DNA of 64,000 bases from Lineus longissimus (lineage: Eukaryota): the NCBI RefSeq assembly GCF_910592395.1, contig NC_088308.1:248001-312000 (forward strand), in the 5' to 3' direction. The position numbers and the translations under genes were made by a program. This document shows positions 26,801 to 38,800 of the stretch, in pieces. Under the pieces are notes generated by a model. It was not told where the DNA came from. It was given only the letters and a program-made list of their open reading frames with translations, and searched no databases. The stretch's first letter is position 1. The number at the start of each line of letters is the position of its first letter.

Positions 26801-29800
26801 TGACTGCATGGCTTGAAAGTCTTATCAGCTGGCTTGGCAACATCCTTACTCCTCTTCTTCTGGCAAACTCTGATGGTGCAAAGCTTCTGCTTGGTAAGGT
26901 AGTACATTCCGCTGCAGGTAGCTGTGTTGGAACATGCGGTCTTGCAATGATGGACATTTTTCATCTTCTTATGATAGACCTTTTCAGTACCTGAGTTTGG
27001 AGTGATTGACACCAGTCAAAATGTTTATTCGTGTATTTACAGCTACTACTAGACAAGTTTTATTAGATTATAAACTCCACGTGGAAAGTACCTTACACTC
27101 TATCACTTTCTTGCATTTGATCTTACTGGTCAATATGAATGTGCACGTTTAGTTTGAACTACCAGGACGTATAAAAAACACTACAAGAAAGTTCTCCAAA
27201 TCTCACATCAAAAGTGGCTCTTAATTAAGAATCGTACTCACCATGGCAGCGTTTCTTTCCTATCAAGTAGAATTGTAGAAAGATCAATACTCTGAGACTT
27301 ACTATGAGTTTCATTCAGAAACATATCGCGGTATTGATTGCCCTGTCGAGTGCTTCGCAAAGTCCATTCACTACCAAATCGTCATGTAATCGCAATATCA
27401 AAAGTACATATCAAAAATATTCTATCTCTTACTGTTCAGTGATCTGTAGGTAATGTTTTTTTTCTTGATACGCTGAGTAGAATGGTTTGACGTCTTTTTA
27501 CTTGAAGTTCGACTCTGGAGAACGCACACAAATATTACACTTGTTTCAAGAATATAAAGTTGTCAAATAGTCGTCATTGCATTTCCTTCTTACCCGAGCA
27601 GAACGTGAATTGTTTCTTCGTCATTGACTTCATACCGACCAATTTTGACCGTTTCGGAACCGATAGATGACAGAGGCCAGCCATCATGGTCCATTTGCTG
27701 CAATGGCCCGTTGTACACAGAGCTTGGCATGCTGCCGCTGTAGTCGTCTTCTTCGATTCCAACACATGGTACTTTTTACCGGCCTGATGACCTGTGAAAA
27801 TAAGAAAGCATTCTTTTAGCTTTGATTGGTAATGAAGCAAAGATTTCAAGATGAAACGGTTGGTCATAAGGGCGTTATCTTCTCATTATTTTGTCTTATA
27901 GTCACTTGACTATTTAGTGTTTAGTAAAATCAATCTATGGAAAATGTTCGCAACCTGATCCAATTTCATCTCGACGTTTATTGTACCTTTGACTATGGAG
28001 AACTCTTACTGAAAGTCGGACAAAAGTGACAAAATGATATATCAACAATACTCACAATGCGTGAGACCACCTTTCCTTCTGGCCGATCCGCCTTTTTTTC
28101 TTGCTCGTCCCGCAGCTTTACCTGTGTCACAAAAGGAAAATGTGTTATCATTAGCATATTCGGCCTTCAACTTGATATACCGTGTTCCCTGTATGTAATG
28201 TTATTTGTGCAAGTGCAAAAACTGCTTGTGGTTGAACCTTTTAGTGCATATCTAAGGCAATGATTGTTTGTGCCAGGCTATCCTGTGTTGATTAAAAGGA
28301 ACAGACTTGGGTCCCAACGACCAGGCTTGTCACAGCAAGACTTTTGTCTAGATAGAACGATTGTCTTGAAAGGTGTTGCCCTTGGAAAAAAAGCCTATAT
28401 CATTGTGGCTGATCTGCATCTTTACCTTGACATGGCTTGTGACTGCATGGCTTGAAAGTCTTATCAGCTGGCTTGGCAACATCCTTACTCCCCCTCTTCT
28501 GGCAAACTCTGATGGTGCAAAGCTTCTGCTTGGTAAGGTAGTACACTCCGCTGCAGGTAGCTGTTTTGGAACATGCGGTCTTGCAATGATGGACATTTTT
28601 CATCTTCTTATGATAGACCTTTTCAGTACCTGAGTTTGGAGTGATTGACACCAGCCAAAATGTTTATTAGTGTATTTACAGCTACTACAAGACAAGTTTT
28701 ATTAGATTATAAACTCCACGTGGAAAATACCTTACACTCTAACACTTTCTTGCATTTGATCTTACTGGTCAATATGAATGTGCACGTTTAGTTTGAACTA
28801 CCAGGACGTATAAAAAACACTACAAGAAAGTTCTCCAAATCTCACATCAAAAGTGGCTCTTGATAAAGAATCGTACTCACCATGGCAGCGTTTCTTTCCT
28901 ATCAAGTAGAATTGTAGAAATATCAATACTCTGAGACTTAATATGAGTTTCATTCAGAAACATATCGCGGTATTGATTGCCCTGTCGAGTGCTTCTCAAA
29001 GTCCATTCACTACCAAATCGTCATGTAATCGCAATATCAAAATTTCATATAAAAAATATTCTATCTCTTACTGTTCAGTGATCTGTAGGTAATGTTTTTT
29101 TTCTTGATACGCTGAGTAGAATGGTTTGACGTCTTTTTACTTGAAGTTCGACTCTGGAGAACGCACACAAATATTACACTTGTTTCAAGGATATAAAGTT
29201 GTCAAATAGTCGTCATTGCATTTCCTTCTTACCCGAGCAGAACGTGAATTGTTTCTTCGTCATTGACTTCATACCGACCAATTTTGACCGTTTCGGAACC
29301 GATAGATGACAGAGGCCAGCCATCATGGTCCATCTGCTGCAATGGCCCGTCGTACACAGAGCTTGGCATGCTGCCGCTGTAGTCGTCTTCTTCGATTCCA
29401 ACACATGGTACTTCTTACCGGCCTGATGACCTGTGAAAATAAGAAAGCATTCTTTTAGCTTTGATTGGTAATGAAGCAAAGATTTCAAGATGAAACTGTT
29501 GGTCATAAGGGCGTTATCTTCTATTATTTTGTCTTGTAGTCACTTGACTATTTAGTGTTTAGTAAAGTCAATCTATGGAAAAAGTTCTCAACCTGATCCA
29601 ATTTCATCTCGACGTTTATTGAACCTTTGACTATGGAGAACTCGTACTGAAGGTCGGACAAAAGTGACAAAATGATATATCAACAATACTCACAACGCGT
29701 GAGACCACCTTTCCTTTTGGCCAATCCGCCTTTTTTTCTTGCTCGTCCCGCAGCTTTACCTGTGTCACAAAAGGAAAATGTGTTATCATTAGCAGATTCT

Positions 29801-32800
29801 GCCTTCAACTTGACATACCGTGTTCCCTGCATGTAATTTTATTTGTGCAAGTGCAAAAACTGCTTGTGGTTGAACCTTTTAGTGCACATCTAAGGCAATG
29901 ATTGTTTGTGCCAGGCTAACCTGTGTTGATTAAAAGGAACAGACTTGGGTCCCAACGACCAGACTTGTCACAGCCAGACTTTAGTCTAGATATAACGATT
30001 GTCTTGAAAGGTGCTGCCATTGGAAAAAAAGCCTACATCATTGTGGCTGATCTGCATCTTTACCTTGACATGGCTTGTGACTGCATGGCTTGAAAGTCTT
30101 ATCAGTTGGCTTGGCAACATCCTTACTCCCCTTCTTCTGGCAAACTCTGATGGTGCAAAGTTTCTGCTTGGTAAGGTAGTACATTCCGCTGCAGGTAGCT
30201 GTGTTGGAACATGCGGTCCTGCAGTCATCAACCTTGGACATCATCTTGTGGTACACATTTTCAGTACCTGAGTTTAGAGTGATTGACACCAGTCAAAATG
30301 TATTAGTGTATTTACAGCTACTATCGTATTTATATACCTCAGTGATATAAAAGATTATCTTTACAGTTGAATTTACTTTGAATGGCCTTTTTAAAAGTTT
30401 TTAAAAATCGAGGTCAGCAGGGTCAGAGTCAATCTGTGAATTGTTTTGAAAGATTTTGGGCATGCAGGGTCAAAAGAAATAGTTGTTGGCGCCGATGATG
30501 TTAACAATATGACCAATTTCCGCCCCACCCGTGAGATTTGTTCTCGTCACGTCATGAGCACATTGAACTGCTAGTGAACCGTGCTCGCAGTGAATATGTA
30601 CTGGCTACCGCTCTCTCCATCATCACCGACGATATGTGCCGGTGCCGGTGTAATGTTTTTGAGTGTTTCTGTTTTTGAGTGTTTCCCCTCATTGTTTGGG
30701 AACGCTCAAAAATAGATTGACAAGTTTTTCTGTGTATCCCCCCTATTGAAAAGTCGTGGTCTCTCTAGCTGCCTATTGTTTGGAAACACTGACACATGGG
30801 AAACAACCACAGATGTTACACCGGTCGTGCGGAGACGCACGCCACTGCCGTACCGGTACCTGAGAAAACTTGCCGTTTTAGGCAGATTTGCGATGATTGA
30901 AACAATACATCTACCTCATAGTTCATGTATTCTCATCTAACAAACCCAGTGGAGACAGAGCCTGAACTAACATGCAGCGATCGGGAAAACTTATACCAAC
31001 TTACACCAATTGTATACAGATAGCGCTCGAGCGTGTGACTACTGACTATTGGAGTTGAATGGCGTTAGAAGTACCAACAGTAAATGTACATCAACGACCG
31101 GCGTACCCCTTTAACCATCCAGGCACCAGTGGTTTTCAATATCCTCCGCCTCTCAATATGATGAAGGAGTATAAAAAGCCTCAAGCTCAGGACACCCTTT
31201 GACTAATTCTGATTGAAAAAGTCACCAGTGTCCGACACTAATACTTTTTTGCCCCAATGTATCCTCGAAAATACAAGATGCCGATTCGAACCATCCTCGG
31301 TAGTACTCGAACGCCCGGAATCAGTATGTGCTGCAGTTTGAAAAGGTTGGGTGCGGGGTATGATAGTGATAATAATGAAAATTTTGACATCTGCACATGG
31401 ATAATTAGATAACAAGATGAGAAAGAAGAAAAAAAAAGAAAAAAAAAGTGCGCCAGATTCACCGGGGGTCGAACCCGTGACCAGCCGCTCCACAGTCAAA
31501 CACATTTAGCTCTGAACCGTCAGGCTTTCGTTTTGAAATGGAGATTTTATCCGCCTCTTATATGCTGTATGCAAACGAGCGCGCCGTAATTGTGACAAGG
31601 TCGCGCAGGTGGCAGAGTGATTTGCCCAAATAGTTCCAAGTAATCGTATATTTCCATAGCTGTACAGATTTTTCTCAACATATCGTATTTATATACCTCA
31701 GTGATATAAAAGATTATCTTTACAGTTGATTTTACGTTTGAATGGCCTTTTTTCAAAGTTTTTAAAAATCGAGGTCAGCGGGGTCAGAGTCAATCTGTGA
31801 ATTGTTTTGAAAGATTTTGGGCAGGGTCAAAAGAAATAGTTGTTGGCGCCGATGATGTTAACAATATGACCAATTTCCGCCCCACCCGTGAGATTTGTTC
31901 TCGTCACGTCATGAGCACATTGAACTGCTAGTGAACCGTGCTCGCAGTGAATATGTACTGGCTACCGCTCTCTCCATCATCACCGACGATATGTGCCGGT
32001 GCCGGTCGTGCGGAGACGCACGCCACTGCCGTACCGGTACCTGAGAAAACTTGCCGTTTTAGGCAGATTTGCGATGATTGAAACAATACATCTACCTCAT
32101 AGTTCATGTATTCTCATCTAACAAACCCAGTGGAGACAGAGCCTGAACTAACATGCAGCGATCGGGAAAACTTATACACGCACCAATTGTATACAGATAG
32201 CGCTCGAGCGTGTGACTACTGACTATTGGAGTTGATTGGCGTTAGAAGTAGGAACTAGATATAATTGGACCAATATGTCAACGACCGGCGTACCCCTTTA
32301 ACCATCCAGGCACCAGTGGTTTTCGATATCCTCCGCCTCTCGATATGACGAAGGAGTATAAAAAGCCTCAAGCTCGATCAGGACACCCTATGACTAATTC
32401 TGATTGAAAAAGTCACCAGTGTCCGACACTAATACTTTTTTGCCCCAATGTATCCTCGAAAATACAAGATGCCGATTCGAACCATCCTCGGTAGTACTCG
32501 AACGCCCGGAATCAGTATGTGCTGCAGTTTGAAAAGGTTGGGTGCGGGGTATGATAGTGATAATAATGAAAATTTTGACATCTGCACATGGATAATTAGA
32601 TAACAAGATGAAAAAGAAGAAAAAAAAAAGAAAAAAAAAAGTGCGCCAGATTCACCGGGGGTCGAACCCGTGACCAGCCGCTCCACAGTCAAACACATTT
32701 AGCGCTGAACCGTCAGGCTTTCGTTTTGAAATGGAGATTTTATCCGCCTCTTATATGCTGTATGCAAACGAGCGCGCCGTAATTGTGACAAGGTCGCGCA

Positions 32801-35800
32801 GGTGGCAGAGTGATTTGCCCAAATAGTTCCAAGTAATCGTATATTTCCATAGTTGTACAGATTTTTCTCAACATATCGTATTTATATACCTCAGTGATAT
32901 AAAAGATTATCTTTACAGTTGATTTTACGTTTGAATGGCCTTTTTTTAAAGTTTTTAAAAATCGAGGTCAGCAGGGTCAGAGTCAATCTGTGAATTGTTT
33001 TGAAAGATTTTGGGCAGGGTCAAAAGAAATAGTTGTTGGCGCCGATGATGTTAACAATATGACCAATTTCCGCCCCACCCGTGAGATTTGTTCTCGTCAC
33101 GTCATGAGCACATTGAACTGCTAGTGAACCGTAATCGCAGTGAATATGTACTGGCTACCGCTCTCTCCATCATCACCGACGATATGTGCCGGTGCCGGTG
33201 TAATGTTTTTGAGTGTTTCTGTTTTTGAGTGTTTCCCCTCATTGTTTGGGAACGCTCAAAAATAGATTGACAAGTTTTTCTGTGTATCCCCCCTATTGAA
33301 AAGTCGTGGTCTCTCTAGCTGCCTATTGTTTGGAAACACTGACACATGGGAAACAACCACAGATGTTACACCGGTCGTGCGGAGACGCACGCCACTGCCG
33401 TACCGGTACCTGAGAAAACTTGCCGTTTTAGGCAGATTTGCGATGATTGAAACAATACATCTACCTCATAGTTCATGTATTCTCATCTAACAAACCCAGT
33501 GGAGACAGAGCCTGAACTAACATGCAGCGATCGGGAAAACTTATACACGCACCAATTGTATACAGATAGCGCTCGAGCGTGTGACTACTGACTATTGGAG
33601 TTGATTGGCGTTAGAAGTAGGAACTAGATATAATTGGACCAATATGTCAACGACCGACGTACCCCTTTAACCATCCAGGCACCAGTGGTTTTCGATATCC
33701 TCCGCCTCTCGATATGACGAAGGAGTATAAAAAGCCTCAAGCTCGATCAGGACACCCTATGACTAATTCTGATTGAAAAAGTCACCAGTGTCCGACACTA
33801 ATACTTTTTTGCCCCAATGTATCCTCGAAAATACAAGATGCCGATTCGAACCATCCTCGGTAGTACTCGAACGCCCGGAATCAGTATGTGCTGCAGTTTG
33901 AAAAGGTTGGGTGCGGGGTATGATAGTGATAATAATGAAAATTTTGACATCTGCACATGGATAATTAGATAACAAGATGAAAAAGAAGAAAAAAAAAGAA
34001 AAAATAAGTGCGCCAGATTCACCGGGGGTCGAACCCGTGACCAGCCGCTCCACAGTCAAACACATTTAGCGCTGAACCGTCAGGCTTTCGTTTTGAAATG
34101 GAGATTTTATCCGCCTCTTATATGCTGTATGCAAACGAGCGCGCCGTAATTGTGACAAGGTCGCGCAGGTGGCAGAGTGATTTGCCCAAATAGTTCCAAG
34201 TAATCGTATATTTCCATAGTTGTACAGATTTTTCTCAACATATCGTATTTATATACCTCAGTGATATAAAAGATTATCTTTACAGTTGATTTTACGTTTG
34301 AATGGCCTTTTTTCAAAGTTTTTAAAAATCGAGGTCAGCAGGGTCAGAGTCAATCTGTGAATTGTTTTGAAAGATTTTGGGCAGGGTCAAAAGAAATAGT
34401 TGTTGGCGCCGATGATGTTAACAATATGACCAATTTCCGCCCCACCCGTGAGATTTGTTCTCGTCACGTCATGAGCACATTGAACTGCTAGTGAACCGTA
34501 ATCGCAGTGAATATGTACTGGCTACCGCTCTCTCCATCATCACCGACGATATGTGCCGGTGCCGGTGTAATGTTTTTGAGTGTTTCTGTTTTTGAGTGTT
34601 TCCCCTCATTGTTTGGGAACGCTCAAAAATAGATTGACAAGTTTTTCTGTGTATCCCCCCTATTGAAAAGTCGTGGTCTCTCTAGCTGCCTATTGTTTGG
34701 AAACACTGACACATGGGAAACAACCACAGATGTTACACCGGTCGTGCGGAGACGCACGCCACTGCCGTACCGGTACCTGAGAAAACTTGCCGTTTTAGGC
34801 AGATTTGCGATGATTGAAACAATACATCTACCTCATAGTTCATGTATTCTCATCTAACAAACCCAGTGGAGACAGAGCCTGAACTAACATGCAGCGATCG
34901 GGAAAACTTATACCAACTTACACCAATTGTATACAGATAGCGCTCGAGCGTGTGACTACTGACTATTGGAGTTGAATGGCGTTAGAAGTACCAACAGTAA
35001 ATGTACATCAACGACCGGCGTACCCCTTTAACCATCCAGGCACCAGTGGTTTTCAATATCCTCCGCCTCTCAATATGATGAAGGAGTATAAAAAGCCTCA
35101 AGCTCAGGACACCCTTTGACTAATTCTGATTGAAAAAGTCACCAGTGTCCGACACTAATACTTTTTTGCCCCAATGTATCCTCGAAAATACAAGATGCCG
35201 ATTCGAACCATCCTCGGTAGTACTCGAACGCCCGGAATCAGTATGTGCTGCAGTTTGAAAAGGTTGGGTGCGGGGTATGATAGTGATAATAATGAAAATT
35301 TTGACATCTGCACATGGATAATTAGATAACAAGATGAAAAAGAAGAAAAAAAAAAGAAAAAATAAGTGCGCCAGATTCACCGGGGGTCGAACCCGTGACC
35401 AGCCGCTCCACAGTCAAACACATTTAGCTCTGAACCGTCAGGCTTTCGTTTTGAAATGGAGATTTTATCCGCCTCTTATATGCTGTATGCAAACGAGCGC
35501 GCCGTAATTGTGACAAGGTCGCGCAGGTGGCAGAGTGATTTGCCCAAATAGTTCCAAGTAATCGTATATTTCCATAGTTGTACAGATTTTTCTCAACATA
35601 TCGTATTTATATACCTCAGTGATATAAAAGATTATCTTTACAGTTGATTTTACGTTTGAATGGCCTTTTTTCAAAGTTTTTAAAAATCGAGGTCAGCAGG
35701 GTCAGAGTCAATCTGTGAATTGTTTTGAAAGATTTTGGGCAGGGTCAAAAGAAATAGTTGTTGGCGCCGATGATGTTAACAATATGACCAATTTCCGCCC

Positions 35801-38800
35801 CACCCGTGAGATTTGTTCTCGTCACGTCATGAGCACATTGAACTGCTAGTGAACCGTAATCGCAGTGAATATGTACTGGCTACCGCTCTCTCCATCATCA
35901 CCGACGATATGTGCCGGTGCCGGTGTAATGTTTTTGAGTGTTTCTGTTTTTGAGTGTTTCCCCTCATTGTTTGGGAACGCTCAAAAATAGATTGACAAGT
36001 TTTTCTGTGTATCCCCCCTATTGAAAAGTCGTGGTCTCTCTAGCTGCCTATTGTTTGGAAACACTGACACATGGGAAACAACCACAGATGTTACACCGGT
36101 CGTGCGGAGACGCACGCCACTGCCGTACCGGTACCTGAGAAAACTTGCCGTTTTAGGCAGATTTGCGATGATTGAAACAATACATCTACCTCATAGTTCA
36201 TGTATTCTCATCTAACAAACCCAGTGGAGACAGAGCCTGAACTAACATGCAGCGATCGGGAAAACTTATACACGCACCAATTGTATACAGATAGCGCTCG
36301 AGCGTGTGACTACTGACTATTGGAGTTGATTGGCGTTAGAAGTAGGAACTAGATATAATTGGACCAATATGTCAACGACCGACGTACCCCTTTAACCATC
36401 CAGGCACCAGTGGTTTTCGATATCCTCCGCCTCTCGATATGACGAAGGAGTATAAAAAGCCTCAAGCTCGATCAGGACACCCTATGACTAATTCTGATTG
36501 AAAAAGTCACCAGTGTCCGACACTAATACTTTTTTGCCCCAATGTATCCTCGAAAATACAAGATGCCGATTTGAACCATCCTCGGTAGTACTCGAACGCC
36601 CGGAATCAGTATGTGCTGCAGTTTGAAAAGGTTGGGTGCGGGGTATGATAGTGATAATAATGAAAATTTGGACATCTGCACATGGATAATTAGATAACAA
36701 GATGAAAAAGAAGAAAAAAAAAAGAAAAAATAAGTGCGCCAGATTCACCGGGGGTCGAACCCGTGACCAGCCGCTCCACAGTCAAACACATTTAGCGCTG
36801 AACCGTCAGGCTTTCGTTTTGAAATGGAGATTTTATCCGCCTCTTATATGCTGTATGCAAACGAGCGCGCCGTAATTGTGACAAGGTCGCGCAGGTGGCA
36901 GAGTGATTTGCCCAAATAGTTCCAAGTAATCGTATATTTCCATAGTTGTACAGATTTTTCTCAACATATCGTATTTATATACCTCAGTGATATAAAAGAT
37001 TATCTTTACAGTTGATTTTACGTTTGAATGGCCTTTTTTTAAAGTTTTTAAAAATCGAGGTCAGCAGGGTCAGAGTCAATCTGTGAATTGTTTTGAAAGA
37101 TTTTGGGCAGGGTCAAAAGAAATAGTTGTTGGCGCCGATGATGTTAACAATATGACCAATTTCCGCCCCACCCGTGAGATTTGTTCTCGTCACGTCATGA
37201 GCACATTGAACTGCTAGTGAACCGTAATCGCAGTGAATATGTACTGGCTACCGCTCTCTCCATCATCACCGACGATATGTGCCGGTGCCGGTGTAATGTT
37301 TTTGAGTGTTTCTGTTTTTGAGTGTTTCCCCTCATTGTTTGGGAACGCTCAAAAATAGATTGACAAGTTTTTCTGTGTATCCCCCCTATTGAAAAGTCGT
37401 GGTCTCTCTAGCTGCCTATTGTTTGGAAACACTGACACATGGGAAACAACCACAGATGTTACACCGGTCGTGCGGAGACGCACGCCACTGCCGTACCGGT
37501 ACCTGAGAAAACTTGCCGTTTTAGGCAGATTTGCGATGATTGAAACAATACATCTACCTCATAGTTCATGTATTCTCATCTAACAAACCCAGTGGAGACA
37601 GAGCCTGAACTAACATGCAGCGATCGGGAAAACTTATACCAACTTACACCAATTGTATACAGATAGCGCTCGAGTGTGTGACTACTGACTATTGGAGTTG
37701 AATGGCGTTAGAAGTACCAACAGTAAATGTACATCAACGACCGGCGTACCCCTTTAACCATCCAGGCACCAGTGGTTTTCAATATCCTCCGCCTCTCAAT
37801 ATGATGAAGGAGTATAAAAAGCCTCAAGCTCAGGACACCCTTTGACTAATTCTGATTGAAAAAGTCACCAGTGTCCGACACTAATACTTTTTTGCCCCAA
37901 TGTATCCTCGAAAATACAAGATGCCGATTCGAACCATCCTCGGTAGTACTCGAACGCCCGGAATCAGTATGTGCTGCAGTTTGAAAAGGTTGGGTGCGGG
38001 GTATGATAGTGATAATAATGAAAATTTTGACATCTGCACATGGATAATTAGATAACAAGATGAAAAAGAAGAAAAAAAAAAGAAAAAAAAAGTGCGCCAG
38101 ATTCACCGGGGGTCGAACCCGTGACCAGCCGCTCCACAGTCAAATACATTTAGCGCTGAACCGTCAGGCTTTCGTTTTGAAATGGAGATTTTATCCGCCT
38201 CTTATATGCTGTATGCAAACGAGCGCGCCGTAATTGTGACAAGGTCGCGCAGGTGGCAGAGTGATTTGCCCAAATAGTTCCAAGTAATCGTATATTTCCA
38301 TAGTTGTACAGATTTTTCTCAACATATCGTATTTATATACCTCAGTGATATAAAAGATTATCTTTACAGTTGATTTTACGTTTGAATGGCCTTTTTTCAA
38401 AGTTTTTAAAAATCGAGGTCAGCAGGGTCAGAGTCAATCTGTGAATTGTTTTGAAAGATTTTGGGCAGGGTCAAAAGAAATAGTTGTTGGCGCCGATGAT
38501 GTTAACAATATGACCAATTTCCGCCCCACCCGTGAGATTTGTTCTCGTCACGTCATGAGCACATTGAACTGCTAGTGAACCGTAATCGCAGTGAATATGT
38601 ACTGGCTACCGCTCTCTCCATCATCACCGACGATATGTGCCGGTGCCGGTGTAATGTTTTTGAGTGTTTCTGTTTTTGAGTGTTTCCCCTCATTGTTTGG
38701 GAACGCTCAAAAATAGATTGACAAGTTTTTCTGTGTATCCCCCCTATTGAAAAGTCGTGGTCTCTCTAGCTGCCTATTGTTTGGAAACACTGACACATGG

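Noticed and set aside
31447..31529. Functional tRNA-His(GTG) gene
   Set aside because: B box present, but the acceptor and anticodon stems do not pair.
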